A stretch of DNA of 64,000 bases from Trichoplax sp. H2. Lineage: Eukaryota. Every line of letters begins with the position of its first letter. Within the stretch, counting starts at the first letter, position 1. The translations under genes were made by a program, and so were the position numbers. This document shows, piece after piece, positions 12,661 to 26,600 of this stretch. The DNA lies in assembly GCA_003344405.1 (NCBI GenBank), contig NOWV01000003.1:868001-932000 (forward strand), in the 5' to 3' direction. Under the pieces are notes generated by a model. It did not search any database. It was not told the origin of the DNA and saw only the letters and a program-made list of their open reading frames with translations.

Positions 12661-14756
12661 GTTCAGCGAACAGACTATACAGTTGTACAGTGTTATAGGT
12701 GATACTGTAATAACACTGAGATATTGTATAAATAAATAAGCTAAACTTGATAAACCTATGATTACTGTACGTTAATTTGGACTTTGGATACTACTATATT
12801 GTATCTTTTCTTTCGAACATTAATCCACTTAAGTGTACAATAGTGTACGAATTAGTACTAGCTCACGGTAATTATTTTCCTTCTTGACTTAGAATAAAAT
12901 ACAGTATAATGATTAATCGCTTTAAAATAGCCAACTGTATTTGATACTGCATAGTGGCTTTCTGTGATCTATGATTGATCCACTTATCACTCAATTCAAT
13001 TTTGATAGCGCTGTATCCTAACGTGATTTGCTGTACTGTACTGTACAATCAGTTGACAAATTATTCATTTCTATCATTATCATTCTTATCAAGAATACTT
13101 GAAGCATTCAGTAACTTGTAGCAATCCCGACTATACTGCACAATTGTTGTTGTCATATAACTAATATAACAATTGGGTCAGGAATTTGCCTGTGATTTAT
13201 CAAGACTAATCGATTTATCATTTCAATGATTTCATTCATCCAGATGGAATGTGCGATCGTTGATTTCTTGCAGAAATCGACGATGCACTAAAATAAGGTT
13301 ACTTGATTTGTACAATACTGTACTGTATACAGTACATACTCAGGTAGAATTACCATACTGTATGAAAAATGGAGGATAAAGGAAAGTCACACAGTAATAG
13401 AAAGAAAGATTGAATGGGAGTTTCAATGATTTCTCTAAAATGATTTATTACTAGTAGTTTGTATCTTGATCAGCAATATATTAAGGATTTGAACTAGTGT
13501 TTTTTTCTCGACAGTACAATTACAGTACCGTAGGATGACCAAGTAAAATGTAGTCTATCTCAACAGAAAAGCAATGTACTGTACATTCTTTTGCAGTTTA
13601 AGTCTTCTTGAGTTAGCTCGATGGATGATAATAATTCGTAAACCTTCTGAATTGTAAATTTTTGGACTACCCTACTGTAATACTGCATTGATAATTACAA
13701 TTAATTAATTATAAGCTTACTATAACAATAATTAACTATTATTATTACAATAATTTCAGATAGTACAGTACAGTGTGCTATGCTGTGTTGCATCGCAATC
13801 ATGACGTCAATATCAGTCCTAGATTTGCATTTCTTGATAGAGTTACAAACTCATTGATATTAAGTCTATCTTGGCGATAATTTGCTGTACTTTGATTCCA
13901 TTGAACGGAAGGAATTTCTAAGATTAAATGATTAACATCGACCAAGTTAATGTTGATGACTGTCTTAATAATAATTCACTATGATTACAGGCAAATCAAT
14001 TTGAACTCTTCACAGTCTACTGTAGACTCTAACCTATAGTATAAAGTACGGTACTATACGCTGAAAGTGTATTTGATTCCAATGTTCACTTAACCACCGC
14101 TCAAATATATTTATAAAGGTTGAAAAGAGAATTATCGACATACGGACTACAGATTAAAGGAGCCATTGAAAAGGTACAAAATGATAGTAGATGTATGTAT
14201 ATATACTGTAAATGCATATTATAACGTTACTCTTTAATGCTAGATTATTGCTTAATTAATGTAGTAAAATAACGTATAACACATTGTCGATGAACTCACT
14301 CCCTTAAATACTGATCACAGCGATTATCTGAGTTGAAAGCTTTGGTTTTACACATTTTTCCTTCACTCGAGAGCTGCTCCATTGATTAATTGTAGCGGTT
14401 GTAATAGTTCAGTACGTAAGAGAAGCATACCTAGCTAAGAAGGTCAAAGTATGCAGGCGAAATAATAATATTTAATTAATATACTGTAAATAAGCAAAAT
14501 TAAATGATTCATCCATTGGTTGCATGTTTGCTTACCCTTATACGTATTTGATGCCTTTTGTCAATGACAAAGTACTGTACGGTAGCCTAATGTACTTTCG
14601 AATTTTTTTTTTTTACTGGCATATAAGCATTGATTTTGAATATTATATACGTATGTTATCATTACTGTTTGCTGTACTGTACTAGAGTCATCCTGATTCT
14701 TGGATTGCGGTGAATTGATATGTAATACGCCTTATTAATACTGTTCTAATTTACAG

Positions 14757-17700
14757 ATGCTGCGATTAAATAAGACACGCTTGCAATTGGTTAATACTGT
14801 CACAAATTCTTCAAGATATCGGCTATTTACCTTACGGAAACAGCATCTAAAACAATCAACCGCAAAAAATAGGAAAATTCAAAAGATATTGGTGGCTAAT
14901 AGAGGAGAAATTGCAATTCGTGTATTCCGAGCTGCTAACGAACTAGATATTCGTACAGTAGCTATCTATACTGAACAAGATGCTCAACATATGCATCGCC
15001 AAAAGGCGGATGAGGCTTATTTAGTCGGTAGAGGTTTACCACCTGTGGCTGCTTACTTAAACTCATCAGAAATTATAGATGTTGCCAAGGTATTTAGTAC
15101 TCATGTAGTTAATATTTATTCATGTTAATGGTGGAAGCATTAGACGGTCAAATTAAATTTAAAATTTTATTTTTCTGCCAACATCGATAGTACTTATAGT
15201 CAGTCATACGTACACTTGTATTCGTATAGGTGTACTGTGCGTATATCTATCGGAGGGTTTGATCCGATAGATAAATATTTGACTGTTTTTCGATACTGAA
15301 TCATAATATTTATCTACCCTTCATTTTCATCTCTCTCTCCATATACGCGTATATTTATGTCATAGCAAAATAATGTCGACGCTATTCATCCTGGTTACGG
15401 ATTTTTATCAGAACATGTTGATTTTGCTCAAGCTTGCGTCGATGCTGATATCAAGTTTATTGGACCATCACCAAGTATCATTAATAAAATGGGAAACAAA
15501 ACCGAAGCCAGAAATACAGCAATAGCAGCAGGTGTCCCAGTTGTGCCTGGTTCAAAAGATGCAATCAGTTCGTATGAGGAAGCCTACGAATTTTGTGAGG
15601 AACATGGTTTCCCAGTAATACTTAAGGCGGCTTTCGGAGGTGGAGGTCGGGGTATGAGAGTAGTAACAGCAGCGGATGAACTACCTAAACTATTCGAGAC
15701 TGCTACTTCAGAGGCACAAACCGCTTTTGGTAATGGTTCCCTTTTTATTGAAAAATATATTGAACAACCACGTCATATCGAAGTCCAGGTTTGTCTATAT
15801 TTGATATTAAAGTTATAGTACTAATAGTTTAATAAATTTCGCTGTGTAAATCCATAACACTAAATTTTATGATTGTGTAGATTCTCGGAGATTTGTATAA
15901 TAACGTAGTTCATCTATATGAGCGTGACTGTTCTGTTCAGCGACGCCATCAGAAAATAATAGAAGTGGCTCCAGCATTCAACTTAGATCCTGATTTGCGT
16001 GAAAGGCTTACCTCAGATGCAGTACGTTTATGTCAATATGTAAACTACGAAAATGCAGGGACGGTCGAATTTCTAATTGATAAAGATCAACGGCATTACT
16101 TTATCGAAGTTAACCCAAGGCTGCAAGTTGAGCATACTATTACAGAAGAAATCACTGGGTAACTATTACCTATGAAATTAGAAACTACTAGTTTAAAGAT
16201 ATTGTAGTATTTGTATTATTTACTGTAAGTTTAAGCTTCACCTTTCTTGAAATTATTGTTACTATCGTCAATCTTGTTATTAGTGTGGATATCGTACAAT
16301 CTCAGATACGTATCGCTGAAGGGGCTTCATTAAAGGATTTGGACTTAACTCAAGAGAAGATTTTGCCAAGAGGCTCTGCAATTCAATGCCGATTAACCAC
16401 AGAAGATCCCGCTCTTAATTTTCAGCCAGACATAGGTAGACTCGAGGTAAGCTATGATCAAATTAATGCTTTGTACCAATTTTGCCATAGGTAAAGAATT
16501 TACAGCTATCTAAAGGGTAGATGTTAGACTTAGATCAAAATTTTTTTGACATTTGATCGAGCCTACGTGTATAATATACATTGTATATCATGAATAGGTT
16601 TTCCGCTTGGGTGAGGGAATGGGTATTCGCATTGATAGTGCATCAGGATTTGCTGGAGCAATTATATCACCACATTATGATTCTCTTCTAGCCAAAGTAA
16701 TTAGCTACTCAACGTCTTACAATCAAGCCATAAGAAAGATGTTGCGATCGCTTTCCGAATGTAGAATTCGAGGAGTCATGGTAAAAAATTATTTAATTTT
16801 TTAATGTCTTTGTGCAACTACCTTGTCAACGTCTTATCTTAACAATCTTGATAAATTTTTTACCATTTATAGACGAATATTTCGTTTTTAAAAAATGTTT
16901 TGACGCATCCACAATTTAATGCGGGAATTATACACACACGATTTATCGACGATAATCCTGAGTTATTCAAATTGGCACGCAGTCAAAATAGAGCTCAAAA
17001 GCTGTCAAAGTACTTTGGACACGTAATGATTAATGGGCCTTCGACGCTTTTCGCTACTAATTTAAAAGCGGCTAATATAAATCCAGTGATTCCTAAAAGT
17101 GACTGCTCAGAGAAAAGTCCAAAATCTGGATTTAGGGATATCTTAATTAACCATGGACCAGAGGCTTTCGCTAGGACTGTTCGTGAAAATAAAGGTTTAC
17201 TTTTGACTGATACCACAATGCGAGATGCACATCAGTCTCTACTAGCTACACGTGTTCGTACATGTGATTTATTGCGCGTAGCACCATTCGTTGCTTCCAA
17301 CCTAAATAAAGCATTCAGCGTCGAAATGTGGGGAGGTATCTTGCTTTAATTATTACTTCAACATATTAAACTAAAATGACTTAATACATTTCTATTATAA
17401 TGGATTACAATTACAGGTGCTACTTTTGACGTGTGTATGCGATTTCTATACGAATGTCCTTGGGATAGGTTAATAGAATTACGTAAAGAAATTCCAAATA
17501 TCCCATTTCAGATGTTACTTCGTGGAGCAAATACTGTTGGATACACAAGCTATCCCGATAATTTAGTATACGAATTTTGTAAACAGGCTAAAAGCTGTGG
17601 AATCGATATATTTCGTGTATTTGATGCGCTTAATTATGTACCCAATCTTCAACTTGGTATTGATGCAGCTAAACAAGCAGGCGCCATTGCTGAAGGCGCT

Positions 17701-19768
17701 ATCTGTTATACCGGCGATGTATCTGATAGTAGCAAAATTAAGTATAACTTAGACTATTATATGAACGTGGCAGAAGACTTAGTAAAAATGGGCGCCCATA
17801 TTTTGTGTATAAAGGTATGATCAATTTAGTGGATATTATGCTGTAATAATTGAGTACAGCTGCTGATTGCTAAAACTTCAGTATAATCACTAATATTCTC
17901 TTAAATAACCAAGGATATGGCTGGTCTGCTGAAACCTTCATCTGCGACTTTACTTATTAAGTCCTTACGTAAAGAATATCCATTAATACCAATTCATGTA
18001 CATACACATGATACAGCAGGTGCTGGTGTTGCTTCTATGTTGGCTGCAGCAGACGCAGGAGCTGATATTGTTGATGTCGCCGTCGATTCAATGTCGGGTA
18101 TGACATCTCAACCAAGTATGGGAGCAGTAATTGCAGCTTTACGTGGTCATGAAAGACTAGATACTGGTACAAAACATTTTTACGTAGCATATATCACTCG
18201 CTTGATAAATAATTAGATAATGATATCTCAATTTAAGTTCTAGCTTTTACAATTTTAAATTTAATATGAGCTAAAATTTTTGTACAGGATTTTCCATGCA
18301 GGATGTACACGCTTACAGCGATTACTGGGAACAGACAAGGCAACTTTACGGACCATTTGAGTGTACTACAACTATGAAGAGTGGAAATTCGGATGTATAC
18401 GATAACGAAATACCGGGAGGTCAATATACGAATCTCCAGTTTCAAGCATTTTCTTTGGGCCTCGCAAGTCAATTTGGTGATATTAAACGAAATTATGTGT
18501 TAGCCAATAAATTACTCGGAGATGTCATCAAGGTTAGTAATAACGTACAGTATGATAAAGTAATTTAACTTATATTACATTTCAATGATCTACTTGGTCT
18601 AAATTTGATTACTTTATTTCTTTTAGGTTACCCCGACATCTAAAATAGTTGGAGATTTAGCTCAGTTTATGGTACAAAACAATCTTACGGAAGATGATGT
18701 AGTCAATAAAGCTGACGAACTCTCTTTTCCGACGTCTGTTGTCGAATTCATGCAAGGCCATCTAGGCCAACCGCATGGTGGATTTCCGGAACCCCTTCGT
18801 AGCAAGGTCGGATACCGTTTTGAAAAAATGATCCATTTATCTATTAATTTCTTTAGCTAAAAAATTATTATTTGGTAGTATTTCACTTGCATGCTACAGT
18901 AATCGATCTTTCATTCAAATTTTAAAATTCTCAGACTAAAATTATGATCGATTTTCTATAAATGACAGATAATTAAAGACAGAAAAAAAATCGATGGTCG
19001 ACCAGGGGAATCCATGGAGCCCTTAAATTTTGAGAAAATAAAAAGTGATTTGGTGGCGAAGTATGGAGACCATATTCGTGATGTTGACGTACTAAGCTAC
19101 GCTTTATATCCGAAAGTCTTTGAAGAGTATCAAGGCTTTATAGAACAATTTGGTCCAGTTACTAAACTTGATACAAAATTCTTTTTTAATGGACCAAAAA
19201 TTGGTGAAATGGTAATTGTAGAACTAGAGAAAGGTAAAACGTTATATCTTAAAGTCTTAGCAATTAGTGATTTACTGGCATCTGGTGAACGTGAAGTCTT
19301 CTTCGAAATGAATGGACAACTCCGGTCAGTTTATATCAAAGACTCGTCTGCCAGTGAGGTTCGTGATGAAATTTTATGTGATAGATACACTTGTATGTTA
19401 TGATTAGCTATATGTAGTTATTTATTATTATTTAATTTACTTCTATCTATCTTTGCACATATTCAATCATTTTAATATGGTTTAACTGATTGTTCTACGC
19501 ACATTTGTAGAATTCGGATATCCGACTTAAAGCAGATAAAAACAATAATGGCTCAATTGGTGCTCCGATGCCAGGTATGGTACAATCGATTTGTGTCAAC
19601 GAAGGCGATGAGGTTATCCAAGGTGATCAGTTAGTTATATTAAATGCCATGAAAATGGAAACTGTCGTAGTATCTCCAGTCAATGGTGTCATTTCAAGAA
19701 TAACAACAAATGTAGGATCAACCGTCTCAGGTGATGATCTATTATTGGAAATTCAAGAAAAGCTATAA
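14757..19768 (+). CDS. PC: Pyruvate carboxylase, mitochondrial (multi-exon)
   Basis: Arg-rich presequence; biotin carboxylase motifs [32 protein letters not shown] and [10 protein letters not shown]; carboxyltransferase motifs [15 protein letters not shown] and HVHTHD; biotinylation motif AMKM; stop at 19766-19768. Confidence 0.98.
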
Positions 19769-20692
19769 TCTTAGGTGCTTAGATTCAAATTTATAGGGAA
19801 ATGACAATTACCTTTCATGTTCACCGCGTAAACATATACTACGAGTATACAGCATATACGCGTACACGTACAATATATGATAAAGTTATAAAGTTATAGC
19901 GGTTATATTTATGCTTAATTGTTACCAGTTTATAAATAAATAAACAAGCATTAAATGATTTTTATTGATGTTACGCGTATTTGATAGGTCTGTGACTTAA
20001 TTAAGTTGTTTTTATAATTACTACTTAAATACATTGTACATGATGTCAATAGTGGTATAAAGGTACGTAAGCACCTAATTTCATACCTTGCTTACGTCGT
20101 CTTACGGACTTCCTCTACGCCATGTTAATACTACATAAGTAAGCTAGCGAAATAGGAATGGGATTATTTTTTTACTATCCGAATAGGCGTACTATATAAT
20201 GCACCATTATAATACTCGTAAACCCGTTCGATAATAGTGTGGCTATCGGATAAAAGGAATATGTTATCGAATCGAATTCGACGTAGTCTTTGAATTGAGC
20301 TAATTTAACTATCACGCAATACTATATATAATTTATCATGCGTACGAATACATTCATAAATGCTTATCAGACAGATAATGATGCCATATTCATTTCAATA
20401 TAGTGCTGTGCCTGACTTAATCAATCTAGTATATGCCCACATTATACACATTACCCGTGATATATATATACAATATACACTTAAAATTTATTACGTAGTC
20501 CGATGTAAAAATTTACTTTTTATTCTCGCTTCACTATAATGATTAAATAAGAATCAGTTAATTGATCTACAGTAAACGTAGTCTTGATGTACTCGAATGT
20601 ATGTACTGAGTTTACTCACAGAGAATCTAAAGTTAGAATAAAATAGAAAAAACTAAGGAAACAGGTTTCCTAATCGTTAGGACGTTTTATCT

Positions 20693-23600
20693 CTATCCTT
20701 CCGGGTCTTTTTTTACATCGACTTCCATTTCGGCCACAGCATCTGAATCTGCTTGCTTAACATTTGTGTTTGCTTCATTATCATTCTCAACATCACTACT
20801 ATCCGAAGTTGTTGTGCCAACTGTTGATTCCGTCTGGTAAATAAATGATTTACAGAGTTACGAAATAGCCTATGAATGTACCGTCGTATGTTAGAATTTA
20901 GGCTTCTCAACCTACTTTTATTACATCGGTATGAGCATCGTAAATTTGATAAACATAGTGCGCCATTTGTGTCATATCATCGATAATAACTGATTCATGG
21001 TCAGAATCCTCATCCACCTGCAGGATGTTACAAGATATAGGCTTTAGTTTAACACAATACTTTCGAAATGTTACGGTACCTTACCTTTCTAGTAAAGTTA
21101 TGCCAGTTCTCTTTGGGTAATAGGTGTAACTTCGTTGGCCTTTGCATAAGCTATAAATAAATTATAGTACGTAATGAAATATTTCAGTAATAGTAATATT
21201 ACATTAGGTACATATCTGAAATAGATCTCACTGTGGGTTCGATATAGAAAATTTATGGTACTTACTACATTAAATGCTGGCGATAGCTCATAACAATTTT
21301 GGAATAAGGATACGCGAGCAAACACGTAGAGTCCCAAACGTGCTCGGGACATAGCCACAACTAAACGACGAACATCACGTAGATGCCCTACAGCCTTAGT
21401 TCTAACCAAAGATAGTAAGATATAATCGTTTTGTTGACCTTGAAAGCGATCTACAGTTGTAACCTACGGTAATTTAAAAATATTCTTAATATTTTATCTT
21501 CACAATGCGTTGGAGATCATGCTTACATACATAAACCCGGTAAAGATACAATATGATTTATATTCATCTTGAATGTTACTTTCTTTACCAGTTTACTGAA
21601 TTCTACTTACCTTATGCGGTTTTCCTATCAAGGGATTGTTGGCACAGCGCATGTTAATTACATCACGTATAAGATGTTTTTGACCGTTGTATGTGGTCAA
21701 AATTGAAATAGATTCTTTAGGGTAGCCAATCAGCCTCATGTACATATATGTAGCAACAAGATATTCAGCTTCGGCTAGATTCTGTAATATTTAATATATA
21801 GAACTGTAACGCAAGTAGTGATGTTATAAAAGGTCTTAATTATTGCTAAAACTATCACGTGAGTAAAAGATTTATAAAATCAGTACTTGAAAAAAATGAG
21901 GATTGGGTTCTGATTCACCGGTGCCCTGGAAGTCCCCAACATCTATGAGCTGATAGTCAAATTGAAAGCCAGGATTGCTCAATTGAAACTCAGGCCATGC
22001 TGCGGTATGTGATAAGTTTTCTAATCTTTTATATCGCCAACTATACAGTTTGCATAAGCTGCAAGAAATAGATAATGTAAGAGAAAAATTTTTGACTTAA
22101 TATAGCATACTGCGATCGATTACCTGGCACGAGCTCTTCCTTGCGCATCTAGGTCAACAGTTGGGACTCCTAACTTTACGAAACGAGTAAATAGTGGCTG
22201 TTCCATATTGGAGAATTTTTGGAATGCCATATTCTTAATTACGGGGGGAAGCTACGTAGAATAAGCATCCCAAAATATAAACAATTATCATATATGATCA
22301 GATAAAGGGAGATGCATAATAATAATAATACCTGATGGTGATCACCAATTAATGTAACTCTTTTTAGCCTACTCTGACCATCTTCTGGATTCTATAGATT
22401 AATACGCGAACACAGTCATCACCGGTAAGATTTCTAAGTTACTAGATTGTATTATCATAACACGGTCCTCATTTTACCTGAAGCATTAGTGGAATAAATG
22501 TTTCAATTTCCAATATTTGTCCAGCTTCTTCCATCAAGACGTTATCGTACTAATCAGAAGTACACAAATACATATATTTATATATGAAATGTAATATAAT
22601 TAATTCGATACACCTTATCAACAAATATTACACGCTCTTGACTAACTTTGAAACCTAGTTTAACTAGATCGTGGCGTTTTAACGCTGCATGAGTACATGT
22701 CATGGCAACAATTCGTGCTTCTTTAATTAATAAGTAATTCGAACGATCTACGCCTTTGAATTAGCAGAAAGAATAAATCAATACAGTTACATTCATCAAA
22801 TATTTAATCATCCCAAATAATGACAATCTCTTACCATTTCTTAGCAGCTCGAAAGCTCTAAATTCCTTTTATTTAGAAGAAGTTAAACAGTTTAGAAATA
22901 TGCCATATTCGCAAGTTTAAAGTGTAATATATACATATTTCAGGTAAATAACACTCTTAAATTTTTAAGAACCTCAAGTTCAGTAAAGATCTTCTTGATA
23001 TGACGAAAGCATCCCTTCGTACAAAATAGAAGTATATTAATTAATTATTACTGAGAAATATTTAGATTTTATCTTTCTCACTTCCGCGACGTCCAAATCT
23101 TCAGAATAGGACTCTCCTGCGAAGAGGGGCTATAGAACATAAATTGGGATTAAGTACTAAGCGAGTGATACAGTCTTCATTTTTAATTCTTACTTGCTCA
23201 GCATCTTCAAAAAACTTTGTGAATGGAAACTGCTCACCTACAGCTTTGACATCCTACGGTGTATTTTGTATATATGATAAGTAATACGAAATCAGCGAGT
23301 AGAAAATCACATATGGCGATACTAACCTTAACAGATCCAATTCTATTTACATACTCTTCCCATCGTGAAAGAACCTGATAATGAAAGAAATGCCCAGCAG
23401 TCTCGCAACTATACGAGACATCACCGTGAATACCAATACTTTCCTAAGTTCAAAAGCAATAATTAACATCAATTTAAGCGCTTAACACTTTCCCACGATA
23501 TAATCAAACAAATACAAACATAAAAATATTAAGCCTGACCTGCAGTTTTGCTACTTCATGAAGCAGCTGCAGACGACGTTCCAATATGTAATTGACTCTT

Positions 23601-26600
23601 CCATATCTATGGAATCGTAACGATTTCATTCAATCGAGTTGAAAGATTAATAAATCATCGCTTTCTTTGTAAGCTAGATAAACATACCTGCTAAAATCTC
23701 TTTCCGTTTCTAAAGATTCTTCCCCATGACCCAAACGCAGTAGGTGACGTTCGTCTATATCTAATGCTATTATCTTCTCGAATAATTGATTTAGAGCCTG
23801 AAGAAGATAAGAATAGCAGCTTCCTTAAAATTGACGCACCAGCGAAACGGAAGTGAGTTAATGCAAGACTATTTATACCTGATTTGAATGCGTAACAATT
23901 AGAGTACGTTGATCTTGGAAATTATGATATAAATTTGATATAATCTGCACAGCTACGTCAGTTTTACCCGTACCAGGAGGACCAACGACCTTAAAATTTA
24001 GAGATTCGTCTTAAGAGTATATAATTATGATTAATCTCTGAGTTCGCAGTAACTAACCAGAGTTAGTCCAGGCTGCATTCCAGAACGAATAGCTTCAACT
24101 TGTACAGGCGTAAATGGAATACAATTTCTGTGCATTCGTTGAAATGATAGAAGAAGGTTACAAAGTAAAATATAAAGCTATCTTAGTATCCCAAAAAAGC
24201 ACAAACCTTTTAGGCTGGCTTGAAGGATACGGTCCACGATTTTCGATTACGTAAGGTTCTACTGAAATTTCATTGCTGTCGTTAGTATCTTCAGTATCAG
24301 CTTTACGTTTTTTGCCTTGGCTAGGTGAGTCTATGAAGGTTAATCTGTCAAAATATACATAAAATCGTAAATAAAACGGAAAATCGATACTCGAAATTAT
24401 ATATTTATATGGAGTACCTGAATGGGGGAACACGCTTAGCGTAATCCTCGGTTGACCACTTTAAGCGCGAAGGAAAATAATTTAGCATTATAAGAAATAA
24501 ATTATACCATGCTTCAGACACGAATTCCAGAATCAGAAATAATCTCATACCCGGATTTTATAATTTGGAAAGGAATTACAAAGATGATCCGATGTTAAGA
24601 AGGTATCGTTGAAGTCTAGCGTGGCAACCTGATTTGGCATACTTATAAAATAAAAGAGAGCATCCTAGATTAAAAGACTACACTATTTATCCATACGGAT
24701 ACCGATGATAACTTTACCTTGCATAATTCGCAGCAGCAGGATTGCCATAGCCTAAGAAAACGTCATGAAGCCAATCCGGTACAACGCAAGCGGTGTTCAT
24801 TAAGTCACGAATAGTGTCTAGGACGGCCTTTATTAATTCAGAGAAGATAATAGCAACGGTCAAAAGTAATAACTGACAGTTTTTCATTACGTTTCTGTTA
24901 TTTACTTTGAAGTTATTCTCTTTAGGCTTTCTCCTAACGAGCAAATTAAAAGTTTCATAGGCGTCCTGTTAAAGGAAATTGGTGAACGTGTTAGAGCTGT
25001 AATCTCTTAATTCGCATAAGTTAGGTATTGATCAATACTTCAGCTCCATGCACAGTATTTGCAATATCTTGTTGATATTGATTAGTATCCAGCCAAACTC
25101 GGAAAGTTCTACCATCAGATTTAAATTCTGGTTTCGGTTCAAATCCTGGTAAGACAAACAATATTAGCCACAGTCTCTTAATCGTCCGAACTACTGTGCA
25201 GTGTTTGTCTGTATTGATTAACGAGAGTCACGTTACTGCTAAGTACCATACCGCCTTCTTCAATAACTTTTCCTTGTTCATCCAGCATTCCTTCAATTTC
25301 GCATCCCCTTACATATTCGATACCATACTGCGTTTTAAATGGTTTCATTTTGTCGAATTTTTGACCTGGTCCTATCGTAGCTCGGATCGTAACTAAGAAC
25401 ATTACATCATGCTTTTTTAAGCCTATAACGAGAGGAAAAAGCGATATCATAAGAAAATAATTATAAATCGAGATAGCTCTACTTTCCATGATGTATATGT
25501 TCGTCTTATACTACCTTCCCACTCTCGTTTAAATTCCTTCCTTACGTTAAGGTTGACAGATACATCAGCACGAACACGAGCTGGTCGACTCTCTCCAATA
25601 TTTGGCTTGATTACCTACATTAACGTGGGCACGCACATTATTATTGAATATAGAAGGACAAGTAAATTGATTTAAAAATTAACTTGTTCAGTAAGTCGTA
25701 ACGGTCGTACCTCGATAATAGTAAAAGCAACGATTGGCTGAAGAGATACATGGAGTGTTAGTACAATTTACAATAGAATAAATAAAGTAAAACTTAATTT
25801 AACCTGAGCCATCCTAGCCCATCCACTAAATTGAGTCATATTATCCTCAGTTAACCTATCAGAATTTAGAAAATTCAAATTTCGTCGCATAAACTCATAT
25901 TAACGGAAATAAATTATACATTACATAGTTTACTTACCACGGTTTCATTCTTGAAACAGCGTCTTCAATGTCTCCACGAATTTCATCTGTCAAAAATAAA
26001 TGTCAACGCCTTCAACTTTAAATGAGTAAAAATGATTACAGTTAATAAATTTAACTTACATGTAGATTCAAGGCGGAATAAATTGAAATTTCTTAGTAGA
26101 TAATCGTGCAAAGTCAGGAATTGCAAATTTAGTTTTGGCAAGGCTAAACAGTCTATTTTTAAACAATAAGAATTCGACTATAAGATAAAAATTTATGTAC
26201 AGTAGTTAAACATGTATCAATTGCATGACGTATATACCCGCTCCGGAATAATACTCAGATGGCACAATATTTTCATCCCATAGGATCTATTAATAAATTT
26301 TGTTTAAAGTAATCACTGCTAGGCTAGACAACTCAGTAGCTACAGTAAATTCGGAAGAAACATTCAGTATCTTACTTCCTCAGTGGGGTACAGGGGCATA
26401 TCGTTGATGGCGTCCAGTTGAGACAACCTTCTCTCGTATTTATATATCTATAAAATAAAATAGTATTCAGACGTTTCGATAATTTGATATAATATATTGG
26501 TAGCTTAATCTTAGTGACATTTTCGAAATTGTATTGGATAACATACCAAAAGTTCTATTAAATACTTTTTGCTATATTGTTCATCATCTTTTTCAGGTTT

